Of a stretch of 64,000 bases of DNA, positions 20,349 through 30,236 are shown one piece after another. The stretch comes from an uncultured candidate division Zixibacteria bacterium. GTDB taxonomy: Bacteria > Zixibacteria > MSB-5A5 > GN15 > FEB-12. Positions within the stretch are counted from its first letter, which is position 1; each line of letters begins with the position of its first letter. Below the pieces are notes generated by a model. The model was given only the letters and a program-made list of their open reading frames with translations, did not search any database and was not told the DNA's origin. A program made the position numbers and the translations under genes. The DNA lies in NCBI GenBank assembly GCA_963735035.1, contig CAVTJJ010000005.1, positions 45,193 through 109,192 of the forward strand. Reading direction: 5' to 3'.

Positions 20349-22541
20349 CTACTTCTGGTGGAAGGCTCGGCCGGTCGGTTTTAGATTCAATTCCTGCACC
20401 AAAGCATCCAGATGATAAACACGATCCACTATGAACATGACATACCGGATGTCAACCCCGATGGTGCGCGTAACTGATTCATTGAAGAGATAATCCGACG
20501 CGACCCCTTCCCAGTTACCGTCGAAAGCGACGCCCACCAATTTACCTTCGCCGTTGATCATCGGGCTGCCGGAATTGCCGCCGGTGATGTCATTGGTGGT
20601 GAGGAAATCAACCGGGATATCCTTGGCAACGGCGTCGACCCATGAGCCAAAGTCCTTGTCGCTGTACGCTTGTCCCAGTGAATCCGGCACGATGAACGGA
20701 TCCTTGCCGGTTTCTTTCTCGATCACACCACGCAAGCTGGTGATGTAGAAATAGTCAACCGCATCGCGCGGGGAGTAGCTTTGCACTTGTCCGTAGCTGA
20801 GCCGCATCGTGCCGTTGGCGTCGGGATACATAGCGGCCTGTTTCCATTCCGCCAACGCCTGTACCAGCAGCGGGGTGAGGCGAGTCTCGGCGCCGGAGAA
20901 GGTCTTACCACGCTCGCGGACGACGTCGTTCTCAGGCTTGAGGTCTCGCGCAAGATTGATGAAGGCATCGCCCAATTTGTCCAGTTGCGCGCGAGTCATC
21001 GCGAACATCGCGACACGATCATTGGCATTGCCAATTTTGGTATTGGCATACCAGATCTCGATCATGTCTTTGGTGGTTGTGCCACGCTTGGACGCGTCAC
21101 TCAGCAGTGTTGTAATCGGATCGATTTGCTGATCTGTCGGAAGCTTTCCAGCTTCTCCAAGAAAGTATGCCAGAACGATCTTGTCGACTTCCGGAACAAG
21201 ATTAATCTGGGCATTCTGGAGCCGTTCCCTGGCGGTCAGCGTGTCGCGACTCTGGAAACCGCGGTCGCGTTCGAGATCGGGCTTCTCGCGTTCACACGCC
21301 CAGCGATAGATCGTGTTGGCAAGGCTCAGATAGTCACACGCCCGTATCATGCGACCCAGCATGAAATCATGCGCTTGGACTTTGGCGTTGGCTTTGTACA
21401 AGCTGTCCAATTCGGGCAACACGCGGCCGTATTTGGCCTGCAGCGTCTTGTCTTTCGCGAGGAATTCGGTAAGCTGGCGTTCGGATTCGCGCTTCTGGGC
21501 GAGCGTGCTGCTCTTCTGGAATCCTTCCATCGTGCCGTAGCTCTTCTTGAGACCATTATTGAGGCCCGCGAGGTCAGAGGATAGACGGAGCCCGATAGCC
21601 GAGTCGTTCTTGCCGGCGGCATCCATGATGGCAATGATGTCTTCGTTCGCCTTGATCGACGCCGGGTAGGAGTAATTGATCTTGCTGGCGAGTTCATAGG
21701 AGCTGATGTGACGCGAGGTGGTTCCGGGGAAGCCGATAGTCATCACGAAGTCGCCTTCTTTGTAGCCGTTCGTCTCTATTGGAAGAAACACTTTCGGTTT
21801 GTAAGGGATGTTGTTGGGTGAGAAGTCGGCCGGAGTGCCGTCAGGGGCGACATAGGCCCGCAGGAACGAGAAGTCACCCGTGTGACGGGGCCACATCCAG
21901 TTGTCGATATCGCCGCCGTAGTTGCCGATAGCGTCCGGCGGGATGTAGACCATGCGGATGTCGCGAATCTCGAGCGTGGTATAGAGCATGTACTGCTTGC
22001 CGCCGAACATCGCAGCCACTCGCGCCTTGATGGCGCGCCCTTTTTCGGTCTCGCGCACCAATTGCTTGGTATTCTTGTCGATCGTCTTGTATCGCAGGAG
22101 TGGCGGCATGGCGTCCTTGACGCCTTTGAGAATCTTGGTGGTGACATCCTGAATAGAAAGCGTCACGTAGACTTTGTACCCGATAGCGGAAAGTTCCTTG
22201 TCGCGCGTCGGGGCGTAGAAACCGTTCTGGAGATAATTGTGCTCGACCGAACTCTGCTCCTGGACGGCGTCGAAGGCGACATGGTGATTGGTGATGACTA
22301 ATCCGTCCGCGGATACAAACGAGCCGGTGGCTCCGCCGACCTGCACCACGGCGTCGGATAAACCGGAGCCGGAGGTGTTGTAGATCTGCTGGGGCTGGAG
22401 TTTGAGGCCGCGCGTCCGAAGGTAGTCCATCGGAAGTTGATCGACACTGTAGAGGGGCCACATGCCTTCGTCGGCCAGAAGCATGGCGGGAAGGATGAGG
22501 GTGGTGCACAGAACGAGAAGGGTGCTACGCAGAGCGTTCAT
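20349..22541 (-). CDS. S46 family dipeptidyl peptidase (DPP7/DPP11-like)
   Basis: 'ADEGMW', 'TNHH', 'DNWMWPRHTGDFSFLR', 'YPDANGTMRLSYG', catalytic 'DITGGNSGSP', 'FDGNWE'. Confidence 0.96.
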   Translation of the reverse strand: MNALRSTLLVLCTTLILPAMLLADEGMWPLYSVDQLPMDYLRTRGLKLQPQQIYNTSGSGLSDAVVQVGGATGSFVSADGLVITNHHVAFDAVQEQSSVEHNYLQNGFYAPTRDKELSAIGYKVYVTLSIQDVTTKILKGVKDAMPPLLRYKTIDKNTKQLVRETEKGRAIKARVAAMFGGKQYMLYTTLEIRDIRMVYIPPDAIGNYGGDIDNWMWPRHTGDFSFLRAYVAPDGTPADFSPNNIPYKPKVFLPIETNGYKEGDFVMTIGFPGTTSRHISSYELASKINYSYPASIKANEDIIAIMDAAGKNDSAIGLRLSSDLAGLNNGLKKSYGTMEGFQKSSTLAQKRESERQLTEFLAKDKTLQAKYGRVLPELDSLYKANAKVQAHDFMLGRMIRACDYLSLANTIYRWACEREKPDLERDRGFQSRDTLTARERLQNAQINLVPEVDKIVLAYFLGEAGKLPTDQQIDPITTLLSDASKRGTTTKDMIEIWYANTKIGNANDRVAMFAMTRAQLDKLGDAFINLARDLKPENDVVRERGKTFSGAETRLTPLLVQALAEWKQAAMYPDANGTMRLSYGQVQSYSPRDAVDYFYITSLRGVIEKETGKDPFIVPDSLGQAYSDKDFGSWVDAVAKDIPVDFLTTNDITGGNSGSPMINGEGKLVGVAFDGNWEGVASDYLFNESVTRTIGVDIRYVMFIVDRVYHLDALVQELNLKPTGRAFHQK

Positions 22542-22745
22542 CGAGTGATCTCCTTAGCTGCAAGACACGGTGTGAACGCTGGCGTGTGGTGGATCGGTGG
22601 TGTCGATCACCCGTTTGTCCGCTGGTTAGAGCCTACTATTCCGGCGGGAACATAGGCCAAACCCGGCCAGATTACAAGGGCAAAGTGCGGGGGGACTTCT
22701 AAACTTATCGCGGGATAAGGCAACAGGCCGCCGAACTCATGCTCG

Positions 22746-23663
22746 TCAATTGGTCTGTCCTCCGGGATTGATAACGAGCGTATCCTCAATTGCGAAGCCT
22801 CGCACTGACGGCGTATCGGGGGGGATGACGATCTTGAGAATCCTTCCAGGGATAACATCAATCGTTCTTGTGTAAGTGGATTCATAACGAACCTGCGGAT
22901 TTGCGGGGGTGTAGCCATAGTGTAGGGTATCAATGGCATAGGTGCGAACAAATGTCAGAGTGCTGGTAGTTGGCTTGTTGATATCTGCAATGCCATCAGA
23001 AAATCGTATGTCCGCGGTATATTCCACTGCCTGACTGGCTGCGTCATCTACCGGGATGCTGAAGGATGTGCTGATTGGCTTTCGAATACCTGCAAGTTCC
23101 CTTCCTGCGCCATGTGTGCCGAGTACTTTGCCGTTGTGATAGCTGACACTTGTCAGTTTCATCTGCTGTGGTTCGCAGGCAGATTCTCTGACCGGCCTGG
23201 TGTCACGAATTGTAGTGCGAAGCACGATCTCCCGGCCGTCACGAATTCGGCCAAGGTCCAAGTCTATTGGTTCGTTCAAGACAATCGGTCGATCAAGGAT
23301 CAATCGTCTGCCGGTTTCGATGCTGTCCTGGTTGGATATACGCAGGTTGAGCATTGTGCCGGTCAGTCTCAACTGTGAAGCGGAGCCGCCAAGCAAAAGG
23401 TGAAAGCAGCACTCGGTACCCGCTCTTGGAAGCGTAGAGGTCGAAATTATAGCCCCAGTTGATCCGTGTTCACCGCCGTCGGTCCAATAGAACGCGCCGC
23501 TAGCGATGGTGGAAAAAGATATTGACTGACTTCGCCAGGAGCCGGCGTCTACTAGTTGACCTTCGACCTTACTCATAGCCTGCAACTCTACATAATATTG
23601 CTGGGCCGCAGTAGAAGTACTGAGCCAGAGTAAGGCACTTACGAAGAGAATGAATTGTTTCAT
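22746..23663 (-). CDS. Hypothetical secreted protein, last gene of the ECF operon
   Basis: Clear signal peptide. Lies 16 bp downstream of the anti-sigma gene, RBS AGGGGG. Confidence 0.75.
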   Translation of the reverse strand: MKQFILFVSALLWLSTSTAAQQYYVELQAMSKVEGQLVDAGSWRSQSISFSTIASGAFYWTDGGEHGSTGAIISTSTLPRAGTECCFHLLLGGSASQLRLTGTMLNLRISNQDSIETGRRLILDRPIVLNEPIDLDLGRIRDGREIVLRTTIRDTRPVRESACEPQQMKLTSVSYHNGKVLGTHGAGRELAGIRKPISTSFSIPVDDAASQAVEYTADIRFSDGIADINKPTTSTLTFVRTYAIDTLHYGYTPANPQVRYESTYTRTIDVIPGRILKIVIPPDTPSVRGFAIEDTLVINPGGQTN

Positions 23664-23679
23664 AACACGCCCCCTATTG

Positions 23680-24102
23680 CTAAGGTTGAGTTCTTGTCGG
23701 AGATGTTAGTGTTGCGCTGTTAGGCGTCAACTTTATGATGTCAATCTGTTCAGTGGCGACATATTGGTCAATGGTCGAGTTGGTGCTGGACGAATTCTGA
23801 GAGCGAAGCTGTGCCAGCCAGGTTGCGAGAAGGAGCAGAATCCCCGCCGCTATGGTGGGAACGGGGACCGCGATCTTGCGCCGCCACCACGGCGTTGAAG
23901 GTCGATGGGACTGCAACGGTTGCGAAGATGATTGCATAGGCAGCGAGCTGACCTCTTCTCGCAATCGGGTTGCTGCGTCCAGAAACGCGCGACACGCCGC
24001 ACACTCGGAAAGATGTTGATCCAGCTTGACCAGTACGTCTGGCGACAGCGGCTCGTCAAGATTGTCCGATATCAGACGTTGATACTCATCACATCTATAC
24101 AT
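23680..24102 (-). CDS. Anti-sigma factor, zf-HC2 (ZAS) domain plus TM helix
   Basis: 'C..Y..LISDNLD', HxxxCxxC ('HLSECAAC'), single TM. The start overlaps the sigma stop. Confidence 0.9.
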   Translation of the reverse strand: MYRCDEYQRLISDNLDEPLSPDVLVKLDQHLSECAACRAFLDAATRLREEVSSLPMQSSSQPLQSHRPSTPWWRRKIAVPVPTIAAGILLLLATWLAQLRSQNSSSTNSTIDQYVATEQIDIIKLTPNSATLTSPTRTQP

Positions 24103-24625
24103 TTGTGTGCCTCTCGTTCTCATGGATGCTCTTGCGGATGCGATATAGACGTACCCGGATGTTTTCCGGAGACTGATCCAGCATGGTAGCAAGTTCGCTG
24201 ATGCTAAACCCCTGATGTTCTCGTAGCAGCAACAGCTCCCGATCTTCTGCCGCGAGCCGAGATAGAATTCCGCTTATTCGGAGACTTAGATCAGGCTTAC
24301 TCTTTTCAACGAGATAGACCTCTGGGATTTCTTCGATAGACCGATGCGGATTCTCTCGCGATAGGTTCAGGAGCAAATTGCGCGCGGTGATAAAGAGCCA
24401 GCTTCGAACCGAGCGCGTGATTGTTCCGTTCTTTCGCTGAGCGAGAAGTCTCAAGAATGATTCCTGAACTACTTCTTCGCTGGTCGCACGATTGCCGCTC
24501 TGATACAGGCAAAATGAGAAGAGCCGAGGGTTGAGCCGGGTGAAGATACGCTCCATAGCGGCGTTGTCTCCGTCGCAGAATGCTTGCCAGTCCTGAAGGT
24601 CAGTTGATTCCATTTCCTGTCTCAC
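24095..24625 (-). CDS. ECF RNA polymerase sigma factor (alternative start ATG 24613)
   Basis: Region 2 'EEVVQESFLR..RSWLFITARN', region 4 'GFSISELATML..NIRVRLYRIR'. Confidence 0.92.
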   Translation of the reverse strand: MRQEMESTDLQDWQAFCDGDNAAMERIFTRLNPRLFSFCLYQSGNRATSEEVVQESFLRLLAQRKNGTITRSVRSWLFITARNLLLNLSRENPHRSIEEIPEVYLVEKSKPDLSLRISGILSRLAAEDRELLLLREHQGFSISELATMLDQSPENIRVRLYRIRKSIHENERHTNV

Positions 24626-24634
24626 GAAAGTGAA

Positions 24635-24660
24635 GACACATGAGATCAGAGAATGTTACA
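24635..24660 (-). promoter_or_regulatory. Candidate autoregulated ECF promoter
   Basis: TGTAAC-N16-TGTC immediately upstream of the sigma gene, matching the general ECF -35 'AAC' / -10 'GTC' pattern. Confidence 0.5.
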
Positions 24661-25001
24661 CAGGAAAGGTTGTTGATGCAACTACTGGCGCGGCTGGCCC
24701 CGCCCTGCGGGTGGGTCAGCTACATCAAGTAGTCACATAACGTACTGCCGCATAGCCCGTTGCTACATCCGATAGACGTCCGATTCCGCTACATCTCCGG
24801 GCAATGTATCAATTCGCACTTACCACCGCTGGGGGAAACTTGTAACTCATTTGGAACGAGCCTATCCCTAAACGGGTTCAATCAAAGGTCGTATTTCTGA
24901 TGAGTAAATCTGGCCGCTGAAAGTGATACAATCCTTTCGAAACTATTTCTCTGCCACAATCGTCAAACTCCCGAGGCACTCATGTTTGGAAACAAACCGC
25001 T

Positions 25002-25787
25002 ATGAATAAGGTCGCACAGGTAACTGTCGCCTTCTGGATCATGAAGATCTGCGCGACCACGCTCGGTGAAACGGCGGGGGACCTCATGTCGATGACCCTG
25101 GACATAGGGTACACCATCAGTTCGATCATTCTCCTCGCCGTATTCTTGATCTGTTTGGTGACTCAGCTTCGCACGAGCAAGTTTCACCCGCTTCTATTCT
25201 GGACCGTAATCCTCACAACCAGCACCGCCGGCACTACGATGTCTGACTTCATGGATCGAACCCTCGGGCTGGGGTATGCGAAAGGTTCGCTGATCCTTGT
25301 AATGATTTTAGTCGCGGTTCTCATAGTGTGGCGGTTCAGCGAAAAATCGCTCTCGGTCAATAACATCACGACCACCAAAGCCGAGTTGTTCTACTGGGCG
25401 GCCATATTGGCGTCGAATACGCTGGGGACGGCTCTCGGCGACTATCTGGCCGACAGCTCCGGTCTGGGGTTCCTCGGTGGAGCCACGGTGATCGCGAGCG
25501 CGCTCGGATTGGTCCTTTTTGCCACATATTTTACCCGACTCAATCGGGTCATGTTGTTCTGGGTGGCGTTTGTGCTGACACGTCCGTTCGGGGCCACTTT
25601 TGGCGACTTGCTGACCAAGTCGGTCGATCGGGGCGGTCTCGGTTTCGGGACAATCGGGTCATCGGCAGTCCTGGCCTTACTGCTGGTAGCGGTAGTCATT
25701 TATACGACCATGACCGTGAAGAGTGTGGTTCCGGTCGCTGAGGTCGAAGTATTACTGCCCGAGGATTACGATCAACCTTCGGTGTAG
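25002..25787 (+). CDS. COG4705/DUF347-repeat membrane protein
   Basis: 'KVAQVTVAFWIMKICATTLGET.GD', repeated 'GT..(S/G)D' units, 'FWVAFVLTRPFGATFGDLL'. Confidence 0.85.
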   Translation: MNKVAQVTVAFWIMKICATTLGETAGDLMSMTLDIGYTISSIILLAVFLICLVTQLRTSKFHPLLFWTVILTTSTAGTTMSDFMDRTLGLGYAKGSLILVMILVAVLIVWRFSEKSLSVNNITTTKAELFYWAAILASNTLGTALGDYLADSSGLGFLGGATVIASALGLVLFATYFTRLNRVMLFWVAFVLTRPFGATFGDLLTKSVDRGGLGFGTIGSSAVLALLLVAVVIYTTMTVKSVVPVAEVEVLLPEDYDQPSV

Positions 25788-25823
25788 GTATTAGGCTGAG
25801 TGGTGTTGAAAGGCCCTTCGTCC

Positions 25824-25992
25824 GTCATCACGAGGCCCCGACTTGATCGGGGCCGTGGCGATCTCAAGGCAGGGTGAGTCCCCGGTCCGCCTCGGCGGAT
25901 CCACTTCTGCCGGCTCGTAGCGGTGCAGTCAAATTGAGATTGCCGCGCTACGATGCCCCGCCTGGCGGCGGGCCATCTCCGCTCGCAATGAC
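25824..25992. repeat. Nested palindromic element, copy 4
   Basis: GTCATCACGAG..CTCGCAATGAC with the same arms as copy 2 but a different internal payload. Confidence 0.82.
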
Positions 25993-26045
25993 GGGGAGCG
26001 CATGGTGGCCTCGGGTGGGTTTCTTTTTTTGGAGTATCGCTCGCT

Positions 26046-27323
26046 TCACTCCGGCGCCGTCGTCAGCAAATCGTCCCAGCCGGTCGTGTAACGATTCGAA
26101 TTGTAGTCCTGCTTCATCTTCCAGCTTCTTGTGCGGCCACTCGCTGACGGGCGAAGTGTGTCTGAGCCGTACTTGCCGTTGATCGCATCCACCGCTCGAT
26201 ACAGCCGCTCCTCCTTGTCGATATCCCTTCGGGCGAACAGGTCAATCTGCCGCGCCCGCGCCGGTGTAATCTGCCCCAGCTCAACCCCCGCCTTGATGTA
26301 GCGGTACCCCGGCTTGTACGCTTTCTCAACCGCGATCATGGCCAGCTTCACCAGGTCGCCGGTGGCGTTGGTCGACGGGTTCACCGAGACCGACACCGAG
26401 GCGCTGTACTGGGGGTTTTGAGCAAAGACGTTGGTAGTAATGTACGCGGACAATTGCCCGGCCACCGACCGATCCTGGCGGAGTTTGGTCGCGGCAATGG
26501 TGACATGCATGGAGATCGATTCCTTGAGGTCGGCCAGGTCGGTGACATACCGTCCGAACGAACGGGACGAAATGACATTCTTACGGGGCGCGAACATGGA
26601 GCGCAGTTCGATACATGATACCCCCCGAAGCTCCAGCACCGTCCGCAGTCCGGTGACACCGGCACGCTTGCGTATCACCGCATCGGGTAAACGCAGCAAA
26701 TCAAGCGCGGTGTTGATGTTACGCTCGTACAGCCATCGGGCGATTTTCGGCCCGATCCCCCAAACGTCCTGAACCAGGGTAGCTTTGAGGATCGCATCCG
26801 GGTCGGGACAGTCGGTCAGGTCGAAAACGTGGCCGGTGTCTTCGTGCGATTTCCCATATTCGGCAGCGATCTTGGCCAGGGTCTTGGTCGAGCCGATTCC
26901 GACCGTGACCGGAATGCCCACGCGTTGCAGGACTTCCTTGCGGATCAGGCGACCGGTCTCGGCGCCGTCGCCTTCGTAGAATCCGACAAAAGCTTCATCG
27001 ATAGAGTAGAGATCGACTTTCGGCAGGTATTCGCGCAACACCTCCATGACGCGACCGGACATGTCGGCGTACAGGGTATAATTCGAGGAGAACACCTTGA
27101 CGTCATTTTTGATGATCAGGTCCTTGACCTTGAAGTACGGTATGCCCATCCCGATCCCGAGAGCTTTGACTTCCTTGGAGCGTGCGACTATACAGCCGTC
27201 GTTGTTGGAGAGCACCACGGCGGGACGATTTTTCAACTGGGGTTGAAAAACCCGTTCGCAGGAGACATAGAAGGTGTCGCAATCGATGAGGCCGACGCGA
27301 CTATCGGGTTTTCTTGATGACAT
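26046..27323 (-). CDS. umuC: Y-family DNA polymerase V catalytic subunit
   Basis: 'DCDTFYVSCE', 'VLSNNDGC', 'SSNYTLY', 'YSIDEAF', 'SRSFG', C-terminal 'W.MKQ...S.RYTT.W'. Confidence 0.95.
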   Translation of the reverse strand: MSSRKPDSRVGLIDCDTFYVSCERVFQPQLKNRPAVVLSNNDGCIVARSKEVKALGIGMGIPYFKVKDLIIKNDVKVFSSNYTLYADMSGRVMEVLREYLPKVDLYSIDEAFVGFYEGDGAETGRLIRKEVLQRVGIPVTVGIGSTKTLAKIAAEYGKSHEDTGHVFDLTDCPDPDAILKATLVQDVWGIGPKIARWLYERNINTALDLLRLPDAVIRKRAGVTGLRTVLELRGVSCIELRSMFAPRKNVISSRSFGRYVTDLADLKESISMHVTIAATKLRQDRSVAGQLSAYITTNVFAQNPQYSASVSVSVNPSTNATGDLVKLAMIAVEKAYKPGYRYIKAGVELGQITPARARQIDLFARRDIDKEERLYRAVDAINGKYGSDTLRPSASGRTRSWKMKQDYNSNRYTTGWDDLLTTAPE

Positions 27324-27702
27324 AGGTGACAACGCCCCAAATTACCGCGTCGGTAAGGTCGGCCAGAGGGATCGGCGCGTAGTCGGGGTTGTCGGCGTGC
27401 AGGGCCGCGACGTTCTTGATGATGCGGAGACGTTTGACGGTGAAATCGCCGTTGACGCAGGCGATGACAATGTCCCCGGTCTTGGGCTTGAAGGCACGAT
27501 CAACAACCAAAAGATCACCGTCGAAAATCCCGGCGCCAATCATGGAGTCACCTTTCGCGCGGATGAAAAATGTCGCAGACGGGTGCGAGATGAGATGCGT
27601 GTTCAGGTCGAGCGGTCTTTCGGCGTAGTCCGACGCGGGTGAGGGAAAACCGGCCGGCACCGACGATTCGATAAGGACCGAATGTTTCTTTGTGGTCGCC
27701 AT
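27301..27702 (-). CDS. umuD: UmuD, S24 autopeptidase subunit of Pol V
   Basis: Cleavage site 'VPAGFPSPA', Ser 'GDSM', Lys 'TVKRL', 'WGVVT'. Overlaps the umuC start. Confidence 0.95.
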   Translation of the reverse strand: MATTKKHSVLIESSVPAGFPSPASDYAERPLDLNTHLISHPSATFFIRAKGDSMIGAGIFDGDLLVVDRAFKPKTGDIVIACVNGDFTVKRLRIIKNVAALHADNPDYAPIPLADLTDAVIWGVVTYVIKKTR

Positions 27703-27786
27703 ACCGGCAAGGTACGGCGGGCCGCCGCCGGGGGAATCACTTGTGTGTCACATTAACGAGGGTATGTTGACGACGTTCACCCAGAC

Positions 27787-27999
27787 GTCATTGCGAGCGG
27801 AGCCGACCCGCCGTAAGGCGGGTCAGCGTAGCGTGGCAATCTCAAAGTAAAGTGGGCGGCACACTGCCTGCCCCCGACTTGATCGGGGGTCCTCGTGTGC
27901 CCCAAATCAGGGGCAGACCAGGAGGTCTGCCGCCCACGAAATAGGCACGAGCCGGCAGATGTGGACATCTGCCGGGCACACTGCAACATTCGCGATGAC
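27787..27999. repeat. Nested palindromic element, copy 5
   Basis: GTCATTGCGAG..TTCGCGATGAC containing the GTGGGCGGCA doublet plus a CGGCAGATGTGGACATCTGCCG hairpin. Confidence 0.8.
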
Positions 28000-28014
28000 A
28001 GGTTCAGGAGTTTT

Positions 28015-28704
28015 TCAAAGGACCTGGGGGAGGGGCTCGATACAGGTCGGCGAGTCGTTGCGGGGCGAATTCACCAATTTCGACACGGGAAACGCCTCAA
28101 GCAGATCCGACGGGCACGACACGAGAAAATCACGCAACGCCTTCATGTCGGCGGTATCGCTGAGCCACACCTTTTCGGATTCGCTCGACAAAATGACCGG
28201 CATCCGGTTGTGGTAGGCCTTCATGAGATCGTTGGGCTCGGTCGTGAGGATCGTATAGGTCAGAATTTCTTCGTTCTTAGCGGGGTCTTTCCACGCCGAC
28301 CACAAACCGGCAAACGAGAAGATACCTTGATTACGGGTCCTGACAAAAATTGGCTGTTTGCCCTGCCCGCCTCTGGCCGGCGTCCACTCGAAAAACCCGG
28401 TGGCGGGAATGAGACAACGCTTGGACTTGAAAGCATCCCGGAAACTGGGCTTATCGGGCGCAGTCTCTGAGCGGGCATTGATCAACGACGCGCCTATCGA
28501 TGGGTCCTTCGCCCAGTGGGGGATGAGCCCCCAGCGCATGCCACGCAGCTTTATTCCGGTGTCTCTAGTTATGACAGGCGCCATCTGGGAGGGGGCGATG
28601 TTGTAGCGGGGTGTCGGGTGAAACGACGACGAGGGGTCGTCGATGAACCCAAAGCGAACTTTGAGCGCCTCGTGTTCCTGGGCCAGGGCATACCGTCCAC
28701 ACAT
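28015..28704 (-). CDS. SOS response-associated peptidase (SRAP/YedK/HMCES family)
   Basis: N-terminal 'MCGRY' (catalytic Cys2), 'RYNIAPSQ', 'WGLIPHWAK', 'INARSET', 'GFFEW', 'HNRMPVIL'. Confidence 0.95.
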   Translation of the reverse strand: MCGRYALAQEHEALKVRFGFIDDPSSSFHPTPRYNIAPSQMAPVITRDTGIKLRGMRWGLIPHWAKDPSIGASLINARSETAPDKPSFRDAFKSKRCLIPATGFFEWTPARGGQGKQPIFVRTRNQGIFSFAGLWSAWKDPAKNEEILTYTILTTEPNDLMKAYHNRMPVILSSESEKVWLSDTADMKALRDFLVSCPSDLLEAFPVSKLVNSPRNDSPTCIEPLPQVL

Positions 28705-28883
28705 ACGAATATAATACGGCCGACCAGGTTGCCGTGGCAATCTCATTTTGGGGGTGTTAGTGCGGTTACAATTTGGTAAAGGAGTAGGGACAGAAAAGGT
28801 TTGTCGGGCGTCTACCAAGTTCGTACCGTAGATACGCAACATTGTACGTAGCGAGTCACTCAAAATCAGGGTAGGAGATCGTC

Positions 28884-29645
28884 GTGAAACCGAATGATTC
28901 TGACAAGATCTACAGTGATGGCAGATTTTTCGACCTCGAAAGCGGGGCATTGGCAAATGACATCCCGTTCTACTTGAAACAGGCAGCCATATCTGGCGGT
29001 CCGGTACTGGAACTCGGTTGTGGGACCGGCCGCGTTACCATACCAATGGCCGAGGCCGGCTTTGAAATGACAGGACTTGACATATCAGCTCCAGTGCTCA
29101 AACAAGCGCGTATCAAAGCTGCGGCGAAAAACCTGGACATTCGATGGATCGAAAGCGATTGCAGGGATTTCAATCTGGGCACCAGGTTCGGAACGATCAT
29201 CTTTCCTTTCAATGGGATTGCTCATATACACGACCGCGAAAGCCACGAGGCGCTGTTTGAGCGGGTGCGGGCGCATCTGAAAGACACCGGTCACTTCATC
29301 ATAGACTGGTTCAATCCGTCGTTGGAGATCCTTCTGAGAGGAAATGAGCAGAGGCATTCTTGCTTTGAATACGATGATCCTGACGGACATGGTAAAGTCA
29401 TTGTCACTGAGGACAATTTCTACGATCGATCGACGCAGATTAACCATATCAAGTGGTACTACAAGATCGGCAACTTGCCGGAGGAAATCCGCGAACTCAA
29501 CATGCGCATTGTCTATCCTCAGGAGCTCGATGCCCTGTTTCATTACAATGGTTTTGAGATTGTTAGTAAGTACGGCGATCATCAGGAGAGCCCTTTCGAA
29601 TCGAGTTCGCGGCATCAGTTGATTGTGAGCCGCCTAAGGCAATAG
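28884..29645 (+). CDS. Class I SAM-dependent methyltransferase
   Basis: Motif I 'VLELGCGTGR', 'TGLDIS', RBS AGGAG. Confidence 0.92.
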   Translation: MKPNDSDKIYSDGRFFDLESGALANDIPFYLKQAAISGGPVLELGCGTGRVTIPMAEAGFEMTGLDISAPVLKQARIKAAAKNLDIRWIESDCRDFNLGTRFGTIIFPFNGIAHIHDRESHEALFERVRAHLKDTGHFIIDWFNPSLEILLRGNEQRHSCFEYDDPDGHGKVIVTEDNFYDRSTQINHIKWYYKIGNLPEEIRELNMRIVYPQELDALFHYNGFEIVSKYGDHQESPFESSSRHQLIVSRLRQ

Positions 29646-29679
29646 ATTTCGGTGAAGGTCATGCGGGGCAAAAACTCCC

Positions 29680-29708
29680 TTGCGCTCGAACGAACAATCC
29701 TCTAACAT
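29680..29708 (+). promoter_or_regulatory. sigma70-type promoter of tRNA-Leu
   Basis: TTGCGC-N17-TAACAT, 18 bp before the tRNA. Confidence 0.55.
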
Positions 29709-29726
29709 ATTGCCACATCGCTCGTT

Positions 29727-29814
29727 GCCGGAGTGGTGGAATGGCAGACACCAGGGACTTAAAATCCCTTGGGCCGTACGGCCCGTGCCGGTTCGAGTCC
29801 GGCCTCCGGCACCA
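29727..29814 (+). tRNA. tRNA-Leu(TAA)
   Basis: Acceptor GCCGGAG/CTCCGGC, D-loop TGGAATGGCAGACA, anticodon loop CTTAAAA, long variable arm GGGCCGTACGGCCC, GGTTCGAGTCC, encoded ACCA. Confidence 0.97.
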
Positions 29815-29829
29815 TCAAACAATCATTAG

Positions 29830-30080
29830 GTTGCCCGGCTAAACCGGGCAATGACAGAGGGGGCGGGCAATGATTGGGAGGGGGACTCGGGAAATGACGT
29901 GGGGGTGGGGAATGACGAATAGGAGCAGTCATCCGTTGCGGTGTCCGGCTAAACCGGGCAATGACGGAGAGGGGTGCCACCTGTCCTCACGGAAAATGAC
30001 TGGGGCACCAATGTCGAAACCTCGCCACGGCGAGCAGGCGCAGGGGTTTCGACCTGCTTTGCTGAACCGGGGAATGACGA
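29830..30080. repeat. Degenerate REP-like repeats ending in AATGAC
   Basis: CCGGCTAAACCGGGCAATGAC occurs twice (~29836 and ~29945), plus several G-rich ..AATGAC units. Confidence 0.65.
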
Positions 30081-30236
30081 ATCTTGCCGCCTGCTCAATT
30101 TGTATACAGCCAGATTCTTGCAGATCGAAGACGTTTGCGGGCGTCGTTATCATCCCGAAATCTAAAGCCGGATAATGTCAGAGCCGATAATGATGCTATC
30201 GGTTACCGGCTAATGAACTTCTGGAGAAACCTGGTC

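Noticed and set aside
24897..24943. Hammerhead ribozyme core (CTGATGAG..CGAAAC) upstream of the COG4705 gene
   Set aside because: Stem II cannot form between the two core segments, and no convincing stems I and III were found.
26046..29814. Genomic island or prophage at tRNA-Leu carrying umuDC-SRAP
   Set aside because: No integrase, no direct repeat of the tRNA end and no phage or conjugation genes.
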